Of a stretch of 63,432 nt of DNA, positions 27,350 to 40,142 are shown one piece after another. The translations under genes were made by a program, and so were the position numbers. The stretch is from Rhizophagus irregularis (lineage: Eukaryota). Position 1 is the first letter of the stretch; every line of letters starts with the position of its first letter. The notes under the pieces are model-generated. The model saw only the letters and a program-made list of their open reading frames with translations, searched no databases and had not been told where the DNA came from. The DNA lies in assembly GCF_026210795.1 (NCBI RefSeq), contig NC_089433.1:5766001-5829432 (forward strand), written 5' to 3'.

Positions 27350-30300
27350 CACAATTACCTATGTCCACTGCGTCTTTTTCGATCTTTTCGAGTTTGTTGT
27401 CTTTGTTCTTTAATTCTATTAGACTACAAAAACAAATTTTTTTGAAAATTTAATTACGATTAATTGTTATAATAAACTCCTATATAATTACCTGTCGAAC
27501 TTTTGAGGTAGGTCTATCGTCATTTATATTTTCAATCTAAAAATTGTAATGATTTAGAAATTTAAAACTATATTAAGTTGAAGTTTATTGTACTATAAAA
27601 ATAATTACCTTTAGTTTTTTAAATAAGGTTGAAAAATTGTCTTGTATTTGGTCATTGTTTTTTTGATTTTGCTCTTTAAATTCTAGAAATTTGGTTCTAA
27701 GTAAACCGATGCTACTTTCATTTTGTTTTTTTAATTCTTCTTCAAGATTGCTAAAATTATTCGCATTTTGACTTGTCAATTCATCTTTAAGATCGTTAAA
27801 ATTTTTATCTGTCTGACTTCTCAAATTATTCTTTAGTTTATCAAAGTCTTTCCTAATTTCTTCAAAATTATCGCACAAATCAGCTTCAAATTTACGCTTC
27901 AGATCAATTACATTAATACTACTAGATATTCCTAGTTCATTTGGAGTTGGTGAACTATTTTGAAAATTCATTATATTATATTCTATCTTCAGATATATAA
28001 CGATTTGGTGTAGTAGGAGATAGAATTTCATTTTTGATAACACCAACGATGCCTGGACTCTCATCTGCCAAATATCCTATAATTTTGTTCAAATTTATTT
28101 CATTTAATTTTCCATGATCATATAATTTTTTCAATATGTTTATAAATGCAAGATTTTCAACATATCGAAAAATGAATTTACTCAACATTTTTGCATCAAT
28201 AGAAAGTAAACTTTTGCAACTTTCAATGTGATTTCTCCCTATAAAAAATTTTTGTCGGATACATTCCAATTTTTTTCCGAATTTGTTGAAAATACTCCGA
28301 TTATACTGATAATATTCCGATTATATTTCAAGTTAAAATTTAGAAGTTTTGATATGGTAAAAAGTATTAGGAAATACTCTGAAAAAATTTTGAAGATATT
28401 CCGAATTTGTATTCAAATTGAAAATGTTCTGATTATATCCCGATTATTTAAAATATTTTTATTTACAATATATTTCAATAATACAATTTGGCCCATATTT
28501 GACCTCAATTAGTAACGGTAAAGATCAGCAATTAGACTCCTAAATCAATTAATTTACACTTTTTTTTAACTTTTTAAACTCTCCTTCATTTTTCTTTCCC
28601 TTCCCTTCGTCCTTTCTTTGTCCTTCCCTCTTTTTGTATTTTCCCTACCATTCCCTTTTCTTTGTCTTTCTTTCTCCTTTCCCACCTCGTACTTTCTGTT
28701 GAAAAAAAATCCTAAACGAAACTTTTAGCCATTTTTTCGGTCTCCTTGAACACGAAATTTTGATAAGTTTTTCAAAATTTTTTTATTTTATTTTAACGAA
28801 CTTTATAGCAGTTTGTCTTTTTTCTTTTTAATTATTCATTTAACAAATGTCTTATTAATGTTTCATTTTTTCTCTTTTTTTAATGGACTAGCCTTGAACA
28901 TATGGAAATTTTGCGTGGAATCATTAATCTTTTAAATGGTAGGAAGGGTTTTTGGACGCGTAAGAATCTGGCGAGCTATTTTCCTGTTCTTTTTATAATT
29001 CATCTATGTTAACAAACGGTACTAACAGTTCATTTCATTTCTTTTTTAGTGGCTCTTTTGGTCTCTGGAGTGTGCATTAGTAAAGTATTTTAACAAAGAA
29101 CATTTCATTTTTTTTTTTGTTCTTTGGAGTATCTGGACATGCAGGAAAATTCGATGAGTAAATATTTTTCCTTTGAATTAATTCTATTTTAAAATAAAAT
29201 GATTGCTAACATGTTTTTTTATTTTTTAGACGACTTCTGATTTCAAAGCACTGGAATCATAGTGAGTTTTTGGAATCTTTCAAAAACTAATTTAAAAAAA
29301 TGTTTATTACTGTAACATTTCATTATTTCTACTTTATAGAGATCTGGTTAAATCTTGATTCTGAATCTTGGGTGAGTTTTTGAAAAAAGTCTGAAACTTT
29401 AATAAAATACGTTAGTATGACACGTTTACTATTTTCTTTTGTAGGTTTTGGCATCTTATTTTTGATCTATAAGCGAAACCTAGTATGTTTTCTAAGTGAA
29501 ACCCTTCAAAAAAAACTAAGAAGCTTTTATCCAAGGTATCAATCCACCTCTTAAGTGCAAAAATATCACACCTAATAAAAAACTCGAGAAAGTGGTATCA
29601 CTACCTATTCCAATTTCTAAGAACGTCACCTGATATACCAATATCTCCAAAAATGGACGAAAATACTCCAATTTCTGAATCATTTCCACATACTGATATT
29701 GCTATTTCATTCATGTCTATTTCTTAATGATCATCAAGTATAGTTCTTACTAAAATAAAAACTAATGACGCCCAATTACCTTTACGAGAAAGGAAAAGAA
29801 GGTCAACATAACCAAAACAACAAAGGTCACACAACACTTGTAAGAAAGCTAGAAATAATGATGGAGAATCTTATTAATATAGAGAGTCCTATTATTAATG
29901 TATCAATTTATTTATGTATTATTGAAAAATACATAGGTCACATTCATGAATACTTTCAGATAATATCCTACAAATATAATTGAAGTGTATCTTGATTGCA
30001 TTCAATAAAACTTACTGAATACTTTCGGATAATATCTGTGTAAATTATCTGATAATATTCCGTTTAAATTTCATAAATTTACTGAGTATAATTTGAGTGT
30101 TTCCGGGTAATAACCTAAAGTATTATTCCGAAAAATGATCACTTTTCGGAATGGAATCATAATAGTAAAAATCGGAACATTTTCGGAATACAAAAACCAG
30201 ATAAAATTCGGAATACTTTCATAAAAAATTTTTTATAGGGTCTGAGTGAATCAAAAACAAATTGTTTAAAAAACTATTACATTGATCATTATTACTACAA

Positions 30301-30650
30301 CCCCAAAATAAATTCCCTTTTTTCGAAACAAATATTTTGCATAAACATAAACAAGTAGTACATTTTACTCCTATAAATTCACATTCTTCATTATTACAAA
30401 TTATGTATTCGTAATTATATTTGGATATTCCACCGGGTGTTACTTTATGGCATACTTGATTACAAAAGCAATAAGCATATTCTTTGAAGCAATGGATACA
30501 AGATTTTACATGAAGATGATTATCCTGACAAATTTCTTTAAATTCTTCGCAATTTTCGCAAGGCGGTACTAAATTATTTCTAGTAAGTAATAAAGGTATA
30601 AGTTGTCCACTATACTGTTCTTGATTTGGTGGGTAACTTTGATCTTCCAT
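27350..30650 (-). pseudogene. Zn-ribbon (GRF/topoisomerase-C4-like) plus coiled-coil gene(s), interrupted by a 2-kb TIR element
   Basis: CFC-x21-C-x4-CEF and CTTC...SKKGNLFWGCSNNDQC motifs; coding continues across the insertion (with a frameshift) as ...DSLRNHIESCK; downstream coiled-coil exons with GT-AG introns. Confidence 0.55.
28237..30240. mobile_element. Non-autonomous CACTA/EnSpm-like element (2004 bp) with internal micro-exon-like cargo
   Basis: TIR CCCTATAAAAAATTTTT; 3-bp TSD TCT; subterminal TTCCGA/TCGGAA repeats. Confidence 0.88.
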
Positions 30651-31869
30651 TTTTATTTAATAATTAGAATTGTTAATTAAAAATTTAAAATCTGGTAGAT
30701 ACTGGCTAGTTATATACAAAATTTTTGTATACAAAACGTGAGTCGTACTATCGTATGGTCGTACAATAAACAAATTAAATTTTAGGAGCGCATAATAGAA
30801 AAGAAAGATTTATTGGATACGTAAACGAAGTCTTCAAGGAATGCTGAAAGATCTGAAGGATCTAATATTAAATTTCATTAAATTTGTTGCATTTAAAAAT
30901 GTGATATTAGTATAGTTCCTTACCTATTTATATACAAGATTTTTTTCAAATTTACGAACTCTTGATATTTATTAAAAGAAGTCTTAGTATTTAAAGAAAA
31001 AGTAAAAAATGAATTATTATAAGATAGCTACCTAAACTACATTTTTTTTTCATTAGGTAATTTATTATAATCTAATATATTAATCGTATCTTTATTAGGC
31101 CGGACCAAGCAAAAAGTTTGTTTAACATAATATATAATACTACAGCCTAGAGGGGGGGGAGGGGGAGTTAAACAACAATAAATGAGTTGAACAAATATAA
31201 TTTTGGCCAGAATTGTTCTTAATTTTGGTCAGAATTATCCTTAATTTTGGTCAGAATTTTAACAATATAAAGTTGTTTTTTATTATCATGTGTAAAAAAA
31301 TTTATTACTATTTAGATCAGATGTAGTCTTCTTTATGTTTTCAATAACTACTACCATAAAACTTATAAATCATTTCTTTTTCTTTTTCGAGTATTAGTTT
31401 TAATTTCAATTCTTCCAAAAAATTCTTTACCCGCAATTTGACATATATTACGTCAAAAATGTCTATGCAAAACATAAGTTATAAAAAATTTTTTGACATG
31501 TTTAGTCACAATTCCTTATATTATGTATTGCATCTATGAATGCGATTTTACTACCATTAGATTCGTCTCGACAAGAGGAATCCGATGAGCTGTGTTTCAT
31601 CTTTCTGTGATCACTGGATGCGAAGTTATTAAATAAAACATTATTGAATATATAAGAAACTATATAAAATGATGATTGTTACACAAACTTTGACAATTAA
31701 TTGGCGCCGATTTACCAATCCGATCATAGTGAAATTTAGTTTAAAAAAATCCTCTAACTAAGGAGATTCCAATAATTTTGTCAAAATTTTTTTTTTAAAA
31801 AATATTTTATAATATTATTATTATTAATTTTAAAAATTTATGTATATTTTAATATATGAAAAAATGTAT

Positions 31870-32184
31870 TTGTAACAGCCTGTTACATATCTTATTTGTA
31901 ACATCCTTTTTTTATTTTTTTTTAATAATAAATTTAATATGTGTTTCACAAATAAAATTTTTATATGCAAAATTTAATTTGGAAAACTTTTACTTAATGT
32001 ATTTAAGACAGTTTCATAGACAAAATTTTAAGTTATAAGCAGTTTCTTGAAATTTTTTAAAAAATTCTTTTGTCTTAATTACACGACTGATCTTTTGTTT
32101 TTGTTTACATTACGCCTGATCTTAAATTTTAATTGGATAAAATTGGGGGTTGTTACAAATAAGACGCGTAACAGGCTGTTACAA
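31870..32184. repeat. Inverted repeat pair (~34 bp), MITE relic
   Basis: TTGTAACAGCCTGTTACATATCTTATTTGTAACA vs TGTTACAAATAAGACGCGTAACAGGCTGTTACAA. Confidence 0.6.
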
Positions 32185-32379
32185 TTAGATTTATCCTTAA
32201 TATATAATTATAAATATATTATTTATATAAAATTAATTCTAAATTATTAAAATTATTGGTTTTTTTTAAGTTTATTTAATAATTTAGGCTATTTAATATT
32301 TAATTTATCATTAAATTTATAATAAAGCATATTGTTAATTTTTATAAAATTATTAATTTATTAAAAATACAAAAAACTG

Positions 32380-32588
32380 CAAAAGTAACGCACCACCTTT
32401 TTTTGACAAAACGTATCATACTAAAAAATTAACCAATCAATTTACATTAAATTTTTACCATATTTTGATAATCATATGATAAATGATTTACATTTTTAAT
32501 TTTATTTTGATTGGCTTTAATTTAATACCACTACATGTGATTAATGATCAATCATTTGCATGGTGCGTTACTTTTGAGAGCCACTATA
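32380..32588. mobile_element. Tc1-like terminus/relic
   Basis: 16-bp IR CAAAAGTAACGCACCA; the right end read on the minus strand is TA-TAGTGGCTCTCAAAAGT, resembling Tc1 TIRs. Confidence 0.45.
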
Positions 32589-33073
32589 TGTTCGAGGATT
32601 ATATATGCCAAATCAGATAACCCTTTATAAGCATGCATTAGTTTATAACGGGTGGGAACTTTTAGAAAAGTATAAAAGATGGGTTTTAAAGCATTTTCTT
32701 GTTCTACTATCAAGAAAAAGAATCATAATCAAGTTTCTACTTTTTTTCGTAAAACACTCAAAAATGATGGTGATTTGCTTAAGAGAAAATCTGCAATACA
32801 GGAGATAATAGAATATGAAAATAGATCACTTTATTTTAATTACAATGTATTATCCAAATCTCCAAAAGTTAAGAGAATTCGCATTAAATAAAAAGAACAA
32901 TTATATTTTATTAATTAATTTTATTTAATAAATACTTTTATTTATTTAGGCGCATTTTTGTATTTGGTTAGTTATTATAGTTAATTAATATATAACGTGT
33001 TTACCAATTTCAATTTTTTATTTATTTTTTTTTTACTCTAATAAGTGATAGAGTAAATACTATATGTCTATAA

Positions 33074-33753
33074 CTATAATACAAAGGATTGTGAAATATA
33101 AAAATTGAAATATATATACCCTGCTGTACATAAATTTCCGTTAATTTCTCTTGATACACGTTTTTTCCATTCCACTAAAATTTCTTCACGCAAAAATTTT
33201 GGCCGCCTAGTTTTCTTGTAATTTTTAGATTGTTGATGAATCAATTGCTCAAGAGGATTTATTTCTTCTGATTGATCATGTGAATTAGAATTCCATGGAA
33301 TAGGATTCAAACATACAACATATGTTTCTTGTTTTTGCGAATAACCTTTTTTTTCTCATTGATCAGAATTCAAAATTTCACTTAAAATTTGATATGCACC
33401 ATCACCATAAAAGATACACTTGTAATTTCCTTTTGCTTTAGAATAATAATGAATATGTCCAGAAAAAATGGAAAAAAAAATACTTTCAGGACATGGTATA
33501 GAACCAACTTCTTTCCCATAGACTTAAAATTTAAAACCAATTTTTTGTGTATCTCCATCACCAAAATTTCTTTAAATTCGGAAATTGTATTAGCAGGTAC
33601 ATCATCAAGACCTTGGCGTTGATTATATTTTTTAATTACCCTAGTATGTTGTGTTAAGTCTCGTGAACTTTTGAATTGTCTTTCACAAGTGGAACACAGA
33701 AAGAAGTTACTTGGTGGAGGAGTATGGGGAAAAGTATGAGGAACCGTTATCAT
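33074..33753 (-). pseudogene. C2H2-like zinc finger protein, frameshifted, divergent from the transposase relic
   Basis: CSTCERQFKSSRDLTQH motif; ORFs 33753-33382 and 33310-33074. Confidence 0.5.
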
Positions 33754-34212
33754 ACTAATGGGTAAAAGAGTGATGAATGGCTGTTGATGAATAAAAAGTT
33801 AATAAATTTGACTATATAATTAATTAGTTTCATATTTACTATTAGAAAAAGCTAGTTTTTAAATACTAGTACCGTAACTATATAAAATTTTACAAACAAA
33901 ACATGTCCAGCTCTTATAAAATATATAAATGCAGTTCTTCTTCGTTAAACTCTATGAAAAGAGATATTTGTAAGTTATTTTCAATAAAAGTTTTGGCTTA
34001 TAATCGCACAGCTTTGTCATTTTCTTCACCTTCAGAATCCAATGGATTTTTGCCGAATCTAATGGGGTTTTTTTAGGGTGTTTTGAGGTGTTTACGAGGT
34101 ATTCTTAGGTATTTAGACGAGGATCAATACGTTTATTGACCAATAAAATTTGAAAATTTGTCGCACAAGAATTCCTAAATAGGATCTAAAATCTGCAGAT
34201 CGGCAGATATGA

Positions 34213-36725
34213 TTGCAATCAATCATTAGGCGAATTGCAATCACTATACTCTATACTGAGGATTCTACTAATGACCAATCATCAGTCATAATTTGTGAAA
34301 TTCTTTATAAGCATCAAGGTCACTGGAAGATAAGGAATGTCGCATATTCCTATTACCATCCTTCTGAATTTGCCCCATTAGAAGAGTCAGACATTAGTCT
34401 TCCAATATATAAACTGTACATCGATTTTTACTACGATAACTTCAGAACATTTCGTAATGTCTACTACTCGTTAGGTAGAGTTTACATCCAAATTGGGAAC
34501 TTACCCTTCGATAAAAGAAAATAACTCAAGTAAGGTTGCTTGTCTAAACCTTTTCAAAATCCTACGATTAGTTTCGTCAAAATTTTACTATAGATTTATT
34601 ATAGTTTCGGCAGAGTTTTGGCAGTTTCGGCATTTATAATAAGTTTTGGCAGTTTCGCCTTTCTCCAAAGTTTTGCCAGTTTTTTAATATAACTTTAATA
34701 TAGTTTCGGCAAAATTTCGCTTTTCGGCAAAATGCTATCTTGCCTAAACTCCTAGATTTCGGCAAGCAACTTTAAACTCAAGAACCATTTTGTATTAGGT
34801 TTCGTTCCATTTGGTGGTTGCTTTGAAGAATTTATAGCTCCATTTGTTACAGAAATGAAGACATTGGAAAATGGAATAACTATAGATGTACAAGGGACAA
34901 AGAGCATTGTAATCGCAAGTCTAGGAGATATAACAGCAGATTTGCCGTAAGGCAATGACTTGGTTGGAGTAAAACGACACAATGCCACAAGAGGTTGTCA
35001 TATCTGTAATGTGACAAAAGACTCCTAGACTTCCAATAATATCAATTTGCCATTGATGTCCTGATATCACCATCTTACTAATTGTCAATTTGAAGAGATT
35101 TCTGCAGTACCGATGATGACAAGATGTAAGGAGATTGCTGCAGAATATAGATTGTGTACACAGCCACCAATACTTGATAACTTAAAAAGAGAAAGACACC
35201 TTCAATCGCCACATGATGTCTATCATGCTATAGCTGGAAAAGTATTAAAATTTCTCAGGATTACTATCGATGCACTCTCTTCAGAAGGAAAATTAGCATT
35301 TATTTTGTCTTGAAAGGTATTCAAGTATCCTAGATCTTGGCAAAAATTGCCAAATCTGAACTCCCACTTAGAAAGTTTTATGATGTCTGACGGCTTACGT
35401 TTGGCTATGGTAATGCCATTTATTTTCAATAGGATTTTGAAGCCTCAAAATTTCAAACAATCCGAAATTGATAAGTTTCGAAGCTGGACAGGTTTTTCTC
35501 GTAATGATTTGGCAATAAAACTTTGGCTGAAGTGTTAGGTACTGGTGGCAAAAACGATGTCAATGGCATTTATGCATTCATTCACCAAAGAAGACTATAT
35601 TAAATTAGAAGAATGCTTGGATGATGAACGGAAGCTCTTGTCACAGGTATTTCATTACTATTCATCTAATATATATAATTTGTTATTGTTAATTTATTAA
35701 TTATTATATTCATTTTTTTACATGTTTTGCAATTATTATTTGTTCTTTCAAAATAAGGTGTTCAAAGATTTTGAAAACTTGCCGAATTTACATATTAACT
35801 TACATTTGATACAACATGTTAAAAACTACACCACTTTATTGAATACTGGCGTAGGGACGAAAGAGATGATGCACAGAATTTTCAAGACCATCATGTCACG
35901 GACAAACCGTAAAAATGTGGAGTTGGATTTGCTAAAGCGCTACACAACATTATTTGCAGTGCGCCATTTATTCGATGGAGGTATCGATAGTCATCTTTCC
36001 ACTACGATTAATACCTTAAATAACCTTCCGCATCACTTAAAAACAACTGATGGATGGCTGGTTTATTGCCAAAAAGTCTTTAGATTTTAACGATGATATA
36101 AGCGAAGGTTTGCTCTAAGTTTACATTAATTAATTAATTTATCTTCGAATTTTATTTTAATTAATATTTTTAAACAGTACATTTACCAGATGAACGTATC
36201 TCAAAGATAACCTTGAAGAAGTGCATATCAAGAAGAAAGGGTGAAGATATTTTGCCGAATGATGCTGATTTTCATAGAGAATTGGCAATATCATACCGGG
36301 ATATGGGTTATCATTTAGCAATTTTTGGCTATTCATGTCAATTCTATGAATATGCATGTTTTTTTGCAGAAGAAAACGATACTAATGTTCTACATCAGCT
36401 ACATATTGGTGAAATTGTCACTATAGTCACCGAAGATGACGAAACTTTTGCAATTATACGGTCAATTTTTAGCCATCAATACAACAACCAACAGTTCGCT
36501 TTTGTTTCTGTTGATGGATTCGAAATTACCAATCGAACAGTGCTGGAATGCCCCGTGTTCAAGCTCCGGTCTACAAATAGGCAATGACGTATCTTTCCTA
36601 TAAGCGTGGTTTGTACAAGTACTACGCATTTTATTCATTATTGTAATGGGAATGAATGCATCGATGGTCACAATCTAGAAAACGAAATATATATACGAAA
36701 TCTTTATTTCTTTAAAGATGTCTAA
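34213..36725 (+). pseudogene. Plavaka/CACTA-like transposase relic with C-terminal BAH-like domain
   Basis: LYIDFYYDNF...VYIQIGNLP..KRK*LK[MITE]NHFVLGFVPFG...ITADLP*GNDLVGVKRHNATRGCHIC...DVYH...PNLH...GTKEMMH; C-terminal LHIGEIVTI...FAIIRSIF; multiple stops; family assignment from motif recall. Confidence 0.7.
34531..34774 (+). mobile_element. 244-bp hAT-like MITE, copy 3
   Basis: Same TIR (one mismatch); 8-bp TSD AACTCAAG; removal restores the transposase frame. Confidence 0.95.
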
Positions 36726-36789
36726 ATATGTATTTTATATATATGCTTTATTTTATTTATGAATGTATTGATTTTACATTTACAATTAA

Positions 36790-37115
36790 TTATTACAAGC
36801 AAATAAATTGACGATTTGAGTTATCTAATACTCAGTTTATGCATGAATAACATTTCAATACGATTTATTGAAGATTTATTATAAAAGCTGTTATAACGTA
36901 ATTAAGATTTATTCTATATGCGCTACAATGTGGTTATGACGTCGTTAAGAAGGCTCTGTAATTTATTAACGACTTGTTAAAGTTTTATTACATAATCTGT
37001 TACAACGATCAACGATTTATTAAATTTTATTTACATGATTAGTTATGACGATGCTATGTTATATTATATAAGCTGCTATCAACGATATTGCGATTTATTG
37101 ACGATTTGTGAATAT
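36790..37115. repeat. Dispersed short repeats (ACGATTTATT), likely subterminal repeats of the Plavaka/CACTA-like element
   Basis: CGATTTATT / GACGATTT motif repeated downstream of the transposase. Confidence 0.45.
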
Positions 37116-37230
37116 CGCCTTAATATCCAGTAACTAAATCTATGACGAAGCCGTGACTAACTCAAGACTAACACATGACTAACATGTGATTAACTCTTTT
37201 CTGATTGTTCACAAGATAGCCATGGCTTGG

Positions 37231-39702
37231 TCACGACTTCGTCTTGGTTTGACATGTTTCTGTAAAGTTCTTCAGACTTTGGTTTTTTCGGCTTTTTTGG
37301 TGTGCGGGATTTGCTTCAATAATTGTTACTTTTCCGGGAATAAACTTTTCTTTTTCAGCTCTTTCCATTATACGTTTGAATCGAGAAACTGTGAAACGCA
37401 ACAGTTTCTGCATGTCATAAATGAAAAAAAAAATAGAGTGAGTGTAAATCTTAAGTCTAAATTGTGGGATGTTACCAACCTTAATTTGTAACATAATGCG
37501 TGCAATTTTAGTTAGCTTCCAAATCTCATCATATGAAGTAGGGATATCGAACTTTCCCAACTCAAATGATGCGTAGAATCCACCTCCTACATATATTATA
37601 AGGACAGCACGAAAGTAGAACCACGATGATGCGAAACCGGGCATAATTAATTTACTACAAGCATTTAAAACTTGCTTTGAAAGTGCTCCCCCACTTTCGA
37701 TAGCAATTGCTTTGACTAGGCTTCTGTGCATATCTCTAAGTGTTTTTAAAACCTTAAGAATGTCTGAAAAATTCTTGGTGTCGTTATCTACTTTAGAGCC
37801 TGCACGCTCACATAAGGAAAATTCTCGGCCATATGATATGTCTATTCCAAGATCATGTTTCTATATGTAGGAATCTGTTAGTAATCAAACAAAAAATATG
37901 AAAACTTCATAAAGATTAATTATACCGTGAACATCCAATCTAGGTGAAACCCTTCAACCTTATCCGGGGCATCTGATGCTTCACTTAGAAATAATCAGTA
38001 TTGTCAATAATGAAAAGTAATTAGGGATGATAATAAAACATACAAATGGGTATCTAGAATATCGTCGAAACAAGCAAAAATGTGTCTTTTGATGAACATA
38101 TCTATGTCCCTTTCGGAGTTTTTTCGTTGCGGAATTCTTTTGTCTAATATTTCACATCTGATTGTAAAGAATTGCAGTATTAGAAGCTGTGTATGCATCC
38201 AAGCTGAAATTTAACAAATGAACTTACGTGTAACGAACCAATTCTAAGATGTATCCCACCTCTTTATCAAGATAGTCATTCTCTTCAAGAACCAATGATA
38301 GTGTTTTATTATTTGTGGGTTCGTCATCAAACAGATCAGGTTCTTCTATGTTCAATTCTTCGATATTTTGGATTATTTTCCGAAGTTTACAAACTCCCCA
38401 TGTATTCCTTCATACTTAACCATTTCACCTATCATACGGATCTGTTCATTATTCAGCTAGAAACGAAATTATGCTAATTAAGATTATCATTTAAAGATCA
38501 AGATGCTTCAATGTCAAAAACTACCTTTGCAAGAGATTGCAAACATCTTTCAGCGACAGGCTCTAACACTGTCCAATCATTCTGATGTCCAATATTAAGA
38601 ACATTTGAAAATATGGCATTAAGTTCTGAAAATTCTTCTTCGGGTATGAAATCCTGTACAATTTTCGGATCTGATGCGTCTATGATTCGCCACCAGATTG
38701 GTCTAAATAACGAAATTGATTAGGACCTGCACAAATAAAAAGGAAAAGTATTCATTAATCACTTACTGTTTTGCTAGTTCGAATTTTTCTAAAGGATCTG
38801 TCTGCGCGGTTGTTAATGTTTTGTGTCGATCCATCGCTTTTTTTAACCAGCTTGGCATCAGTGTATCGAATTCCCAGCCTGACAAAGGTTCCACGTCGAG
38901 AATTTCAGAATCATCGGGAATTTCAATTCTATCATTTTCGCTGGGGCCAGTATATTCATCAAAGGAAACGTTAAACGTTTTGGCCTGTATCGTATTACAA
39001 AAAAATGATATAAGTCATATCTGTACAGAGTTCACAAAACGTGTGTAGACTATACTTGCTTTTTTCGTATCCGAAGTTATAGTTTCACCTTCTCTAGTTC
39101 GTTTTCTCTGGTCTTCTAACAGTTGCTCCCCGACATGTTCATTCTCGTTTGAATACATCGTATATGTTTTTTCGCGACGACTACTTGAAATCTGTATCTG
39201 TCGTACGTTGATACGTTTAAGTAACAATAAAATTCATCAAGAGCAATCAGCTCAAAGGATTTTGTAGCCTACCTTAAATCTTTCCTCGAGAACACAAGAC
39301 CAATCAGATGTATCTTCGACCACCTAATGTTTCAAAATTTTGATTATTTGCGCTTTCCTAATGAGTAGCTAGTCAAAGATGGAATAAGTTGCGCAATCAT
39401 GAGGATGAGGGCGTCACCTATGCCACAGTTCAGGGCGTAACCTGACTGAGGTTCCGACATAATCACTAGGGTGAGGACGTCACCTATATCTGCAGTTCAG
39501 GGCGTAACCTGACCCGATACCCTAATAAACAGAAAAATAGAGTCGAAGATAGAATACTTTCCTTGGAGATGTTCAAAACTGACGCTACATAGGTAAACCG
39601 CTTTGCCCATGCACCTTGCAGTGCTGCAGATTTATTTGAATCCGGAGGTGACCTAGCTACGAGGTCAGTGTTCAAACGAATAAATTCCGACAATGTTGGC
39701 AC
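37231..39702 (-). pseudogene. Multi-exon gene with putative C-terminal PD-(D/E)xK-like nuclease domain, frameshifted
   Basis: About 10 short GT-AG introns; spliced C-terminus SERDIDMFIKRHIF...GFHLDWMFT/KHDLGIDISYGREFSLCERAG...DILKVLKTLRDM; frameshift near 38380. Confidence 0.55.
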
Positions 39703-40142
39703 AAGATTGTTCTCTGATGTCCGTAGGAAATATGATTTTAGAGCTGAAAAAGTTGTTGGTTGGTGTTACATTGGTGAACAAGGTATAGGGTGTCGTTTCT
39801 TTTATTTCTTACCTTCAAAAATATACGGATGGGTAATAATATTACTCATGTTCATTCGCTGTTACGGTAAAGAAAAAATTTAATGGTTGAAGATTAAAGA
39901 TAGATATCATTACGTAATTATGTAATTGTACGGTTTTTAAAAAGTCACGTGACATGTGATTATTGTGATATTTGATTTGTACTACATTATATACTTTTCG
40001 ATAGAAAAAAAACTCTTTCCGACGATCGTTAAATACCAAAAACTCACAGAAGAAATTTCCACCATAAAATACATTTCTTTATAAACAGTGTCATTTTTTT
40101 CTACAAATTTTGGTCTCTACGCTCTTCTCGGAACATTATCAT

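Noticed and set aside
31580..31605. Hammerhead ribozyme core (CCGATGAG...)
   Set aside because: CTGATGA is imperfect and is followed by TTTC rather than GAAA in the required orientation
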